The notes under the pieces are model-generated. The model did no database searches and was not told where the DNA came from. It worked only from the letters and a program-made list of their open reading frames with translations. Of a stretch of DNA of 64,000 bases, positions 20,875-31,365 are shown one piece after another (within the stretch, counting starts at the first letter, position 1; every line of letters starts with the position of its first letter). Made by a program: the position numbers and the translations under genes. The stretch comes from an uncultured Bacilli bacterium (GTDB taxonomy: Bacteria > Bacillota_I > Bacilli_A > RF39 > UBA660): contig CAKPDH010000001.1 of the NCBI GenBank assembly GCA_934148845.1, positions 251,963 through 315,962 on the forward strand, given 5' to 3'.

Positions 20875-22047
20875 CTACCTATGTTTAATTATGTATTTAA
20901 ATTTCTTTAACATTGATAAAAAACCAATTTTAGATAAAATATTTTTAATCAAATGTTTAATTCCTAAAATTTTCGTAATATCATATTTATTATTAAGTAT
21001 ATTATTAATAATTTTATCACGATTATCATTAATACTACACTTTTTAATAAGCGCAGGATTTTCTTTGAAAACTGATTTTAAATCAGTTTCACTAACAACG
21101 AACAATTTTGAAACACTTTCAAACAATTCTAATCCTGACTTTGAATTAATTATAACAGATGATGCACCTTTATTTCTACTTTTGATAAATAAAGATGAAT
21201 CAATCCCCCATGCATCACCTAAAATAATATCAGCTAATTCAAAATTGTTTTTCATTTGACAATTAGAGCATGCATTACGATCAAATAATCCCGCACCAAA
21301 CCCAACATAATAAGGGTCACTTACAACATCTACATGCGTATTATCATCAAAATAATATCTAGTATTTGGAGTTAACCATCCGCCTCTACCTTTATGCCTA
21401 AAATTAATATTAACTAACTTTTTATGATATTTATTTTCAACACTTTCTTTATATTTTTCAAAAATTAAAGGTGAAGGGACAGAGTGACATATAATTTGAA
21501 TGTAATACATATTATCATAGTTTTTTCCTAAATATTTTCTTATACCACTTATTTGACAAGCCATACCAAAAAAAACAACTTTACTACCTTTATTTAAACA
21601 TTCTTTTATACTTCTATAAATATTTTGAATATCAGATTGCACATATTTTGTACCGCTTAACTTATCTAAATCATTAATATCATTGGTTAAAATATGTTTA
21701 GCAACCATATTGTCCCAAACGCAACCACAAACATACCCACCATTTGAAATAATATTTTTTGCTATTTCATAACAAATACCAGAAGAAGTTGTCTTTTTTT
21801 CCAAAGTATTAAGCTCCTTTTTAAATAAGAACATACATTTTATAGGTTTCACATCTTCCGAACTCTCTTCTTGTTTTAATCTGGGACAGACTTTTTCACA
21901 TAATTTACAATCAATACATTTTTCTTTATCTATTTTCGGAATTAAAAAACCATCTTTATCATATTCCATAGTAATAGCATTTTTAGGACAAATATTTTTA
22001 CAAGCAGCGCAACCATAACATTTTTTATTAAATTCAAAATTAATCAT
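20875..22047 (-). CDS. FrhB-like protein (coenzyme F420 hydrogenase/dehydrogenase beta family) with N-terminal 2x[4Fe-4S] ferredoxin
   Basis: CYGCAACKNICP...CIDCKLCEKVCP near the start. C-terminal ...CSNCQ...ADIILGDAWG. Immediately downstream of a pyruvyl transferase. Confidence 0.8.
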   Translation of the reverse strand: MINFEFNKKCYGCAACKNICPKNAITMEYDKDGFLIPKIDKEKCIDCKLCEKVCPRLKQEESSEDVKPIKCMFLFKKELNTLEKKTTSSGICYEIAKNIISNGGYVCGCVWDNMVAKHILTNDINDLDKLSGTKYVQSDIQNIYRSIKECLNKGSKVVFFGMACQISGIRKYLGKNYDNMYYIQIICHSVPSPLIFEKYKESVENKYHKKLVNINFRHKGRGGWLTPNTRYYFDDNTHVDVVSDPYYVGFGAGLFDRNACSNCQMKNNFELADIILGDAWGIDSSLFIKSRNKGASSVIINSKSGLELFESVSKLFVVSETDLKSVFKENPALIKKCSINDNRDKIINNILNNKYDITKILGIKHLIKNILSKIGFLSMLKKFKYIIKHR

Positions 22048-23158
22048 CTAATCCGCCACAATTTTCATTCAAAAATTTTTTTGATTTATTTACTAAATGT
22101 CCAATATTTTTTTCAACTTCCTTATAATTAATATTATTATATACTTTAACATCTTTAAAATTATCATTTGTTGTCACAATATCTAAAAGTCCAGCCATTT
22201 CAAGTAATGAATATTTTCTTTCTTCTTTAATAACTTCTCCCTCATTCGTATCAAAAACAGGAACAAGTTTTTTTTGAAATAATATTGAAAAAACAGTGCC
22301 ATGAAAGGAATTTGTAACAATATATTCAGCATTTTTTATTAATTCTAAAAATTCATTTGGTCCCTCACAATAATCATTTATAAATCCAGCTCCTAAAATT
22401 TTTGGATGTTCTTCCAAATTTATAACTTTTAAACCTGTTAATTTAGATAATTTTTTAGCAACACTCCAACTATATTTTCTACAATTAACAGAATAATACA
22501 AAATATATTTGCTAGGAATTTTTTTAGACTTACTACTTCTACATAATAATTCCCACTCAGTTTTTGTTAACAATAAAGTAGGATCAACCACAAAAGTATT
22601 TTTTATATTATTATTACTTAAAAAATCACAACCCGATTTTTCTCTAACCGATATAGCTGAAAATTGTTCTAATTTATCTTTAATGAAATTTATATTATTT
22701 TGTGCAATTTCAATTGATTCTCCAAAACTTGCAGCATAAGAAACCTTTTTACCACAAAAATCAAAATCTCCAAAATAAACATTACTTCTATCATAAATTT
22801 TTTCACTCATATTCCAAATTTGATCACTACCAAAAATTAAAATATCATATTTTTTTACATAATCAGAAATATTTTCCTCGTTTATTTCCTCTGTTGGGCT
22901 AAAATTAATGTTTTCATTAAAAAAATCATCAAATTTTTGTCTTTTCTTTTTTATATCAATTTTATACATAAATGAATAAAATTTTCTTAAAACATAAGCA
23001 GGCGATAATAAGTTACAAGAACCATATTGTTTTTCTTTTTTAAAATTAACCACTTCAGCATCGACGTTATTATTTCTTAAATATTGCTGTAAAGCATAAC
23101 ACTGTAAAATAGCGCCATAATTATAGCCATTACTAAAAGTTAAAATACCAATTTTCAT
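22040..23158 (-). CDS. Polysaccharide pyruvyl transferase
   Basis: MKIGILTFSNGYNYGAILQCYALQQYL, the PS_pyruv_trans family N-terminus. Confidence 0.8.
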   Translation of the reverse strand: MKIGILTFSNGYNYGAILQCYALQQYLRNNNVDAEVVNFKKEKQYGSCNLLSPAYVLRKFYSFMYKIDIKKKRQKFDDFFNENINFSPTEEINEENISDYVKKYDILIFGSDQIWNMSEKIYDRSNVYFGDFDFCGKKVSYAASFGESIEIAQNNINFIKDKLEQFSAISVREKSGCDFLSNNNIKNTFVVDPTLLLTKTEWELLCRSSKSKKIPSKYILYYSVNCRKYSWSVAKKLSKLTGLKVINLEEHPKILGAGFINDYCEGPNEFLELIKNAEYIVTNSFHGTVFSILFQKKLVPVFDTNEGEVIKEERKYSLLEMAGLLDIVTTNDNFKDVKVYNNINYKEVEKNIGHLVNKSKKFLNENCGGLDD

Positions 23159-23170
23159 ATTTCCTCCTGT

Positions 23171-24409
23171 TTAATTTTTCTTATTATTTTCAAAATTTAA
23201 TTCCTTAATAAATCTTTTCATATATCCATCGAGTGAATATTTCTTATACATACTTGTTAAAATAGAATTATCATTATTTCTTTCCTTATCAAGTAATTTT
23301 TTTACATTAACAGATAAATTTTTTACTAAATTATCATCTTTCTCTAAAACAATTGCATATTCAGAAACATATTCAGGAATTCCACCTGAATTAGTTGTAA
23401 TTAAATTAGCACCGCAGCATAAAGCTTCTATCATAGTTAAACCAGCTGGTTCTTCCCACATAGATGGCATAATTGCAATATCTGCTGCATTATAATATTT
23501 AGGGATATTTTCTTGTTGAACATATCCAACAAAGACAACTTTATCTTTTAATTTATCTTTTATCAAATCATTAAGCTTATTATGATATTCATCTTTTATA
23601 TTTGAAGAATGCATTAAGCCACCAACAATTAACAATTTAAATTTTTCATTTGAAATTAAATTTAAAGCTTCTAAAATTTTATCAATACCCTTTTCATAAG
23701 ATAATCTACCAACAAATAATAAAATTTTTTCATCATCTTTTATATTGTATTTATATCGTAAATCTTGACAAAATTTTTCATCATTTCTAACACAAAACTT
23801 ACTTGTATCAATACAATTATATAGTGTATGAATTTTATTTTTATCTATTGGACCAATTGGGTTAGATGAAGATAAAATCTCATTTCCAACAAAATCACTT
23901 ACACACAAATAACCATTACAATTTTCAAAAACACTTTTACAATTCATATTAACTCTTGGTATATTATGTAAATGATAATAATATTCACCTTTATATTTAG
24001 ACTTTTTAATTATTAGTGCTAAAGGAATGTTATTTTCCAAAACCACCTTATCGAATGTCTCTTTTTTTAATATTTTAGAAGATTTACTTATATAATATAA
24101 CAAAGAAAAAATTGTTTTATATGAACTTGCTTTCTTTTTTTTAAAGAAAATTTTAATAAATTTAAATAACAAAAAATCAAAAAATTTTAAAATTTTAGGT
24201 ACTTTTATCCATATAAATTCTACATTATTATATTGTTCAGCTTTTGTTTGAGCGTCTTTATCGTAAAATGATACAACCTTTAAATCACATTCTTTATTAA
24301 TAGAGTTTTGTTCAACTAAATGTTCTATTAAAATTGGAACAGCGCCATCTTTCACAGCAGGTACAGGATACCCACCATTTGAATCAGCAGTAAAAATACA
24401 AACTTTCAT
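23171..24409 (-). CDS. Glycosyltransferase family 4
   Basis: EEPAGLTMIEALCCGANLITTNSGGIPE. Confidence 0.85.
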   Translation of the reverse strand: MKVCIFTADSNGGYPVPAVKDGAVPILIEHLVEQNSINKECDLKVVSFYDKDAQTKAEQYNNVEFIWIKVPKILKFFDFLLFKFIKIFFKKKKASSYKTIFSLLYYISKSSKILKKETFDKVVLENNIPLALIIKKSKYKGEYYYHLHNIPRVNMNCKSVFENCNGYLCVSDFVGNEILSSSNPIGPIDKNKIHTLYNCIDTSKFCVRNDEKFCQDLRYKYNIKDDEKILLFVGRLSYEKGIDKILEALNLISNEKFKLLIVGGLMHSSNIKDEYHNKLNDLIKDKLKDKVVFVGYVQQENIPKYYNAADIAIMPSMWEEPAGLTMIEALCCGANLITTNSGGIPEYVSEYAIVLEKDDNLVKNLSVNVKKLLDKERNNDNSILTSMYKKYSLDGYMKRFIKELNFENNKKN

Positions 24410-24418
24410 AAAAACCGC

Positions 24419-25534
24419 CTATTTAATCAAATTAATATATATATCATTTAATTTTTGTGCTTCATCTTTAATATTAAAACCATTACTAGAAATTTCCTTT
24501 TTAGTATTTTGTCTTTTAAATTTACTAACGTCTTCTAATATAATATTAGCCCATTCTTGTGTTGGTTTACATAATGACATAAATTTAGCTGAATCTAATA
24601 CTTTTGTTTCTTTAGTCATATCATAAGAAAAAATACACAGCAAACCATTAGCTTGTGCTTCAACTCCAACAACTGGTAATCCCTCATATAAGCTAGGTAG
24701 TAAAAATACATCCATAGCGTTATACAACTCATTTACATCTTCTCTTTGGCCTAAAAATTTAACATATTTTTCTAATTTTAGATTTTTAACTTTCGCTTTA
24801 ATTTCTTTCATTAAAGGACCTTGTCCTATTAATAATAAAATTGAATCCTTATTTTTTTTATGTACTTCATTAAAAATATCAATTAAAAATCTATGATTTT
24901 TTTGTTCAACAAATCTCCCTACATGGCCTATTACTAAAGTACTATCTTTAACTTTTAATTCTTTTCTTTTTTTATTTCTTACTTTCTCATCATATTTAAA
25001 TTTGTCTAAATCTATTGCATTATTAAGTAAATAAACATTTCCCATATCATATTCTTTATTCCCAAACAACCACCTACCAGCAAGTTCAGAACAGCACATA
25101 TAATCTGTTGCGAATAACTTACTAAAAGGTCTAAGTACTTGTTTTAATAAATTTTTCTTTTTTTCTTTTTTATTAGTAGTACTATGACTATGGGCTATCC
25201 TAACAGGTACTTTAGCACATTTCGCAGCAAATAAAGAAAACACTGATAACGCATTAATATGTGAATGAACTATTTTATAATTACCTTCCTTTAACACTTT
25301 TTTTAGTTCTTTATGATACTTAAATACTTTTTGATAGGGTGGTACTAATATTACTTTACCACCTAATTTTTTTATTTCATCATATGGTATATTAGTAGAA
25401 TCAGAATCGCATATAAAATCAAATTGTATTTTAGAACGATCTATATGCCTATAATAATTCATAACTACAGCTTCTACTCCACCGCCTACCCATTTTCCAA
25501 TAATTTGTGCAACGCGCACTGGTTTTGTATTCAA
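24419..25534 (-). CDS. Glycosyltransferase family 4
   Basis: YEGLPVVGVEAQANGL. Confidence 0.85.
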   Translation of the reverse strand: MNTKPVRVAQIIGKWVGGGVEAVVMNYYRHIDRSKIQFDFICDSDSTNIPYDEIKKLGGKVILVPPYQKVFKYHKELKKVLKEGNYKIVHSHINALSVFSLFAAKCAKVPVRIAHSHSTTNKKEKKKNLLKQVLRPFSKLFATDYMCCSELAGRWLFGNKEYDMGNVYLLNNAIDLDKFKYDEKVRNKKRKELKVKDSTLVIGHVGRFVEQKNHRFLIDIFNEVHKKNKDSILLLIGQGPLMKEIKAKVKNLKLEKYVKFLGQREDVNELYNAMDVFLLPSLYEGLPVVGVEAQANGLLCIFSYDMTKETKVLDSAKFMSLCKPTQEWANIILEDVSKFKRQNTKKEISSNGFNIKDEAQKLNDIYINLIK

Positions 25535-25551
25535 AATAGCACACTCCTTAA

Positions 25552-26205
25552 TTACTTAGCCCCGTTTCTCATTATTACTACTTTAATAGTTTTAAATATA
25601 ATTTTAACATCAAGCATTAAACTATAATTGTTAGAATAAAACTGTTCTAATTCTAATCTTTTTTTAAAGGATATATCACTTCTTCCATTTACTTGCCAAT
25701 AACCTGTAAGTCCTGGTTTAGTTGCAACTATATCATTATACGAATCTGCCATATCTTCTTTTTCACGAGGCAAATATGGTCTATTACCAACGAAAGCCAT
25801 ATCCCCTTTAAGTATATTTATAAACTGCGGTACTTCATCTAATGAAGTTTTTCTTAAAAATTTACCTACTTTTGTAATTCTTGGGTCATCTTTTATTTTT
25901 TTATTTAATTTATATTCTTCTCTATATTTTTTCTTTCTCAATAGTTTTTTTAATTCAATATCTGCATTTGGTACCATGCTTCTAAATTTATATAATTTAA
26001 ATATTTTACCATTTTTACCTATTCTCTCTTGTGAATAGAATATACTATCATGATCACCATTTATAATACTTATAATTTTAACAATAAGTGTAAGTGGCAT
26101 TAATACAAATATTCCAAGTATACCTACTATAACGTCAAAAAATCTTTTAACAAAGTAAAAGATATGCTTACTAAAAACAATTTCATTATTGGAAACATTT
26201 TCCAT
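25552..26205 (-). CDS. Initiating undecaprenyl-phosphate sugar phosphotransferase (bacterial sugar transferase, short WbaP/CpsE type)
   Basis: One TM segment, then KPGLTGYWQVNGRSD, the Bac_transf signature. Confidence 0.85.
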   Translation of the reverse strand: MENVSNNEIVFSKHIFYFVKRFFDVIVGILGIFVLMPLTLIVKIISIINGDHDSIFYSQERIGKNGKIFKLYKFRSMVPNADIELKKLLRKKKYREEYKLNKKIKDDPRITKVGKFLRKTSLDEVPQFINILKGDMAFVGNRPYLPREKEDMADSYNDIVATKPGLTGYWQVNGRSDISFKKRLELEQFYSNNYSLMLDVKIIFKTIKVVIMRNGAK

Positions 26206-26241
26206 ACAAACACGACCTTACTACTTTTTTTACCACTAATA

Positions 26242-26278
26242 GTATAGCAAATATGAATAGTACTTGCAAGTACTATTA
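26242..26278 (-). promoter_or_regulatory. Sigma-A-like promoter of polysaccharide locus 1, overlapped by a perfect 22-bp palindromic operator
   Basis: Minus strand reads TTGCAA, a 17-nt spacer, then TATACT. aatagtacttgcaagtactatt at 26257..26278 is a perfect palindrome centred on the -35. Confidence 0.45.
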
Positions 26279-26305
26279 GAAAATTTATAAAAAAATACTT
26301 AAGTT

Positions 26306-27028
26306 TTACTTAAGTATTAATTGTTTGTTTGTATCTATACTATAGCTATAATTTAATAATTTAAAGAAACATTCAGAATTTAAAAGTGTTATTTCAAATT
26401 CTTCTTTAGTTACTTTTAATTTACTGAATAAATAATCTAATTTATGTGGTATTTTAATATTATTTACAAGTTCAAATTCATATAGATCTATTTGTTCTTT
26501 AATATCTGTTTTATTCTTATATAAGTATGAAAATTCTCCTTTATTTATTAATTCTATATTCATAAGTTCACTTGGTATAGATAATATATTTTTATATTTT
26601 ACATTATTTAAATCTTTACTCATATAACTTTTTGGTACCAAAAAGTTATAGCAATATCTATAACATTCCATATCACTATCATATACATATGTTTTGATAG
26701 GATTTGCATATCTATAAAATCCTCTTAAATATTTATTTACTATATTATTTCTTGTTATGATTTCATCGCTTATAGGAAAGCTATTAAATTTAATATCTTG
26801 ATGGGTTAAACAATATTCATTTTTTTTATTAATAAACTCATCTATATCCATTTCTCTTTCACTATCAAGTTTAACACTTTTCTCAAATAAATCAGTTTCA
26901 AAATCAAAAAATTCTATTCCTCTTCTTTTTATTATATTTCTTTTATATTGTTCTATTTCTCTATAATTTGGTTTTAGACAATATATACTTAAAGTATTAT
27001 TATCATTAATTTTATATATTGTAGTCAT
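26306..27028 (-). CDS. Hypothetical protein, paralog A of a tandem pair
   Basis: 240 aa. Shares blocks with the upstream ORF (TLSIYCLKPN and LSIPSELMNIELINKGEFSYLYKN). Overlaps it by 17 nt. Confidence 0.6.
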   Translation of the reverse strand: MTTIYKINDNNTLSIYCLKPNYREIEQYKRNIIKRRGIEFFDFETDLFEKSVKLDSEREMDIDEFINKKNEYCLTHQDIKFNSFPISDEIITRNNIVNKYLRGFYRYANPIKTYVYDSDMECYRYCYNFLVPKSYMSKDLNNVKYKNILSIPSELMNIELINKGEFSYLYKNKTDIKEQIDLYEFELVNNIKIPHKLDYLFSKLKVTKEEFEITLLNSECFFKLLNYSYSIDTNKQLILK

Positions 27029-27626
27029 TCTTTAATTCCTTTCTTTTACTTTCTTGTTTTAAATTATTTTTTATTTTAAAGAAATATTCAGATTCATCAT
27101 TAGATAAATCTAAATTATCTATAGAAATACTTGTTACATATTTTAAAGTAAATAAATTTATAAGCTCATTAACATCTATATTATTTTCATATATATATTT
27201 AAACTTAGATTTTAAAATTAATTCTAAATTCATAAGATTATCAGGAATAGAAATAATATTATTAAATTCTACATAAGCTCTGGTAATGTTTATATCAAGA
27301 GGTACCAATAAATTTAAATTTTTATCTTTCATTTTTACTAAAGTGTAGCTTGTATATCTTAAGTTTATATAATCAGAAATCATTTTATCTTTTAATTCTT
27401 GATTAGTGTTAGTACTACTACATAAATTAATATCACTTATATCTATACCATTTAATAAATCAAGAGACTCTCTTAAACTATTTGTTTTATAATTATAAAA
27501 TATATTATTATTTCTTTTATAATCTAAAATTAAATTTTGTCTATATGAACTTATAGCATTTAAATTAGGTATTAAATCATAAACAGATACAGTATCAGCA
27601 TCATTTGATTTTATTATTTTAATCAT
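27012..27626 (-). CDS. Hypothetical protein, paralog B of the tandem pair
   Basis: 204 aa. TVSVYDLIPN and ISIPDNLMNLELILKSKFKYIYEN match paralog A. Confidence 0.6.
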   Translation of the reverse strand: MIKIIKSNDADTVSVYDLIPNLNAISSYRQNLILDYKRNNNIFYNYKTNSLRESLDLLNGIDISDINLCSSTNTNQELKDKMISDYINLRYTSYTLVKMKDKNLNLLVPLDINITRAYVEFNNIISIPDNLMNLELILKSKFKYIYENNIDVNELINLFTLKYVTSISIDNLDLSNDESEYFFKIKNNLKQESKRKELKNDYNI

Positions 27627-27659
27627 TTTAAACCTCCCTATTTAATTATACCAAAATAA

Positions 27660-27683
27660 AATTATTAGTCAAATTAAAAAGGG
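27660..27683. terminator. Palindromic hairpin gggaaaacAAAAgttttccc (bidirectional terminator-like)
   Basis: A perfect 8-bp GC-containing stem in an AT-rich intergenic region. A second hairpin sits at 27700..27735. Confidence 0.45.
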
Positions 27684-27869
27684 AAAACAAAAGTTTTCCC
27701 AGTATATATAAACACCTTACCTTTAAAGCAAGGTGAGGTGTAGCACTCTCACTCTACTTATATTATATATAATTTATAAATTAATATTCCAAAAATTTAT
27801 ATCTATAATAATATATGATTAATTATAAATTATGTGTGTACTTATTTTTGTATTTAATCTTTATTTATA

Positions 27870-28150
27870 TGCTTTTTTTGAAAATATATCATACTCATTA
27901 ATATTTCGTCATAAAGACTCCATGACAATTGTGTCGCAGCTTGCGACACTTTTTCATCACTAAACATACTATAGAATTGTTTCATCCTAAATAATGTTCT
28001 TCTGTTATATTTTTTACCAACTTCAACAACTAATTTTTTAGAATATTCATCTATAATATTATCTCCATATTTACCACCAGCTTCATTTAATAATTTACCT
28101 AATTCAAAATATATAATAACTTTATATCTTTCTTTTGAATAATCTTTAAC
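27870..28150 (-). pseudogene. Remnant of the N-terminal part of a DUF1016/YhcG nuclease gene (partial paralogous copy)
   Basis: Minus-strand translation ...FELGKLLNEAGGKYGDNIIDEYSKKLVVEVGKKYNRRTLFRMKQFYSMFSDEKVSQAATQLSWSLYDEIL aligns to residues about 30-120 of the 28183..29064 protein. No full ORF. Confidence 0.6.
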
Positions 28151-28182
28151 TTTTGCATATATTTATCTTATTTTTTATTTCA

Positions 28183-29064
28183 TCATACTAATTCATATTC
28201 TCTAGAAATAATTCTCCCATCAGAACAATATTTAATAACATACTCATTATCCTGTTTACAAATGATAATACCTACTGTGTCATTTTCTTCAATTGTTTTA
28301 ATATTTTTATCAATATAATTCATATAAGTCATAATCTGACCAGTATGTTCTTTCTTGAGTTCTGTAACCTTTAATTCTACTACTACATAACATTTATACT
28401 TAATATTATATAGAAGTAAGTCTATATAGTTATATCTATCATTTAACTTAATGGGATACTCACTTTTAATAAATGTAAATCCATTTCCTAATTCATCTAA
28501 AAAATTTTCGATATCTTCCAAAATTAATTTTTGTAATACTTTCTCTGAAAATATATCATAGTTATTGCTATTTTTAATCAAAATTGGATTCTTTACGAAA
28601 TCAACAATATTAGATTCTTTTTGCTCTATTAATTTATTTTTAGTGAATTCCGGAAGTCTTTCATATTCATTCAATTTTATTCTTTTTCTTAACTGTCTAA
28701 TAGATAGATTATTTAATTCAGTTATTTTAATATAGTATTGAAATTTATTATCATCAAACCAAAGAATTTCACAATAATGACTCCAACTTAATTTGGCAGA
28801 CAGTGTCTGCACTTTTTCATTCAACTCATAAAATTTTAACATTAACCATAGATTTCTCTTACTATAACCCTTACCTAATTCATATGTTAATCTCTTCGAA
28901 TATTCTTTTATTATTCCTTCTCCATAATGATTACCTGCTTCACTTAACATTCTTCCAACATTGTAATATGCATCCAAATCACTCTTATTAATTGAATAAC
29001 TTTTAACTTTTCTATTTATTTCATCATTTATTAATTCATTTTTAATTTCATTATAATAGTTCAT
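28183..29064 (-). CDS. DUF1016/YhcG-family PD-(D/E)XK nuclease
   Basis: N-terminal helical domain plus a C-terminal ...IDLLLYNIKYKCYVVVELKVTE... PD-(D/E)XK core. Confidence 0.7.
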   Translation of the reverse strand: MNYYNEIKNELINDEINRKVKSYSINKSDLDAYYNVGRMLSEAGNHYGEGIIKEYSKRLTYELGKGYSKRNLWLMLKFYELNEKVQTLSAKLSWSHYCEILWFDDNKFQYYIKITELNNLSIRQLRKRIKLNEYERLPEFTKNKLIEQKESNIVDFVKNPILIKNSNNYDIFSEKVLQKLILEDIENFLDELGNGFTFIKSEYPIKLNDRYNYIDLLLYNIKYKCYVVVELKVTELKKEHTGQIMTYMNYIDKNIKTIEENDTVGIIICKQDNEYVIKYCSDGRIISREYELV

Positions 29065-29075
29065 ATTACTCCTTT

Positions 29076-29666
29076 CTATGAACTACAAGTCTCAATTTTC
29101 AATTTATAATTTTTAATTTTAAACATAATACTACCATCTTGATCTGTTCTATATATTTTTGAATCACTCAAATTATTTAATACTTCTTTATTGGAATGAC
29201 CGTATCTGTTGTTTTTGCCAACACTAATAATGGAATAATTTAGATTTATTTCATTTATAAATTCTTTACTACTACTTGTTTTACTTCCATGATGACCAAT
29301 TTTTAATACATCAATACCAGATATATTATATTTATTTAATATGTCTTTCTCTTTTTCTACTCCAGCGTCTCCCATAAACATAAACTTATAACCATCAAGT
29401 TCAGTATAAATAACATTTGAATTATCATTTTCATTATCATATTCTTTTGTTTGTAAAAAATATAGTTTGTTATTATCTATATTTAATTTTTTAATACATG
29501 AATAATATTTTATTTTCTTTTTATCTAGTACTTTGATTAATTCTTTTTCTAATTCATTAAACTCTCCACAATTAAATATTACATTATCTACTTTAAAATT
29601 ATTTACTAAATTAATAGATTCTCCCATATGATCAAAATCGCCGTGTGGTGACATAAGTTTATGCAT
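29076..29666 (-). pseudogene. Duplicated 3' fragment of comEC (metallo-beta-lactamase domain)
   Basis: 196-aa ORF HGDFDHMGESINLVNNFKV...GHHGSKTSS. It is near-identical to the C-terminus of 31366..32472, with 100% DNA identity over 29297..29578 against 31585..31866. Confidence 0.75.
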
Positions 29667-29730
29667 ATGGATTTAATCAAAGAAAAAGAACTATCAAGTT
29701 GATGGTCCTTATATGATGTATCATAAAATA

Positions 29731-30450
29731 TCATTGTAACCTATTTTTAATTAATTGTTTAATATTTGAATCTTTTATTTTTTCAATTTGATCTTCAATT
29801 GAAGGATAATCATTATATCTAACTATCTTTGCTTCTGATTTATATCTATCGTGGCTAATCAGATCAATAGTCGGAGATTTTAAAGCTATATTAATTATTT
29901 TAAAATAGTACTCTTTTTCGTGTTCACTTTTTGAGTTCAAATATCTAAAAACAAAATATATGAATGAATCCATTTCATTTTTCAATATTTTCCAGTCTAA
30001 TTTAGGATTTTTATATACTATTAAATTTGTTTCATAAAATTCAGGTTCTACAGGTAAAACTGTAAAAAAAGGTTCACTAGAAACACCAATATTCCAGTTT
30101 GGATTATACATTTCACTAATTATAATATCTTTATACAATCTTTTAAAAACAGATCCATTGTATAGTTCAGAGTTTATAATAAAAATTATATTTCTACACA
30201 AATCAAAGTTCACACACAATTGAGTATTATCAACATCGTTTTCAATAATGCTTGCCATTAAATTTAAATCATCAACTCCATACTTTTTGTAAATATTATC
30301 AATCTTTTCTAAATAATGATTTCTTTCATCTGATTTTTTAAACTCATCATCTAATTCTTTTCTTGCAGCCATCTGATTATAATATTCAATCATATAAAAG
30401 TATTCACAAAGTTTATTAAAATCATTTATTTTTCTTATTAAAGTTTCCAT
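29731..30450 (-). CDS. Hypothetical protein (cargo of the comEC-duplication insertion)
   Basis: 239 aa with no recognisable motif. Confidence 0.55.
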   Translation of the reverse strand: METLIRKINDFNKLCEYFYMIEYYNQMAARKELDDEFKKSDERNHYLEKIDNIYKKYGVDDLNLMASIIENDVDNTQLCVNFDLCRNIIFIINSELYNGSVFKRLYKDIIISEMYNPNWNIGVSSEPFFTVLPVEPEFYETNLIVYKNPKLDWKILKNEMDSFIYFVFRYLNSKSEHEKEYYFKIINIALKSPTIDLISHDRYKSEAKIVRYNDYPSIEDQIEKIKDSNIKQLIKNRLQ

Positions 30451-30521
30451 AAAATCTCACTCCAATTAAAGATTATTATAACATAATATTATATAAACCG
30501 TACACGTATATATTAATACTT

Positions 30522-31349
30522 TTAATTTATAGTCTTTAATATCTTATTTTCTTTTTCTAACTCCTTCAAACTTTTCTTTGGTGTAAGCAAATTTTCAGGC
30601 ATAGTCCTATGATTTTTTTTAATTACCTTTCGAATATTTTTACCTATATTATAATGAGTTTTATTTGCATTATTTTCTCCTATAATATTATCTTCTCTCA
30701 ATGCTGCCTCTGTTTGAGTGATTCTAAACAAGTTAGCCCCTAATTCTTCACTACCCATATTATCTAAAATTTCTTCTCTATATCTTAAACCTTTTCTTTT
30801 GGCTATATCATTTGCAGTTTCTCCATTATATAGACCTTTATAACCACTATTATGAAACTTATCAAAGTTTTTAACTCCTGCATTTCTAGCTGCAATATTT
30901 AAAAAATAATTCCCTTTTTTAGTCAAATCTCTTTGATATAATCTTTTCTCATCTTCTGTTAGTTCATGATACTCTTTTTCAGAAAGTTCTTGTTTCCTTG
31001 TTTGAATAGCAAAGTAAGTTTGACCTAAAGCTACCGTTTTCTTTTTAGGATTAGCATTTTGAACAATTAAATAGCATATGTATCTAGATAATTTATAATC
31101 TTTAATTAATTCTTCTTTACCTTTACCAGTTTTTATTGGCTTCCTGACTTCGGGAAGCCAATATGAATCATCATTGATGCTATTTCTATAAGATATTACC
31201 GCTTTTTTGATTACATTATCAAAATTTTCCCACTTACTATATTCAAGTAATGGCATTAATTCTCGCGCAAACCAATATTCGTTGCCAAACTCATCTATAT
31301 GTTTAATATCTTCAAATATTTTTTCAGTATATTCTTTTATTTCATTCAT
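30522..31349 (-). CDS. dinD: DNA-damage-inducible protein D (DinD family, BRO-N/KilA-like N-terminus)
   Basis: FARELMPLLEYSKWENFDNVIKKA...LSRYICYLIVQNANPKKKTVALGQTYFAIQTRKQE matches the remembered E. coli DinD blocks (SARELAPLLDYRDWRNF...LSRYACYLVVQNGDP...GQTYFAIQTRR). Confidence 0.75.
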   Translation of the reverse strand: MNEIKEYTEKIFEDIKHIDEFGNEYWFARELMPLLEYSKWENFDNVIKKAVISYRNSINDDSYWLPEVRKPIKTGKGKEELIKDYKLSRYICYLIVQNANPKKKTVALGQTYFAIQTRKQELSEKEYHELTEDEKRLYQRDLTKKGNYFLNIAARNAGVKNFDKFHNSGYKGLYNGETANDIAKRKGLRYREEILDNMGSEELGANLFRITQTEAALREDNIIGENNANKTHYNIGKNIRKVIKKNHRTMPENLLTPKKSLKELEKENKILKTIN

Positions 31350-31365
31350 TTTATTAATCTCCTTT

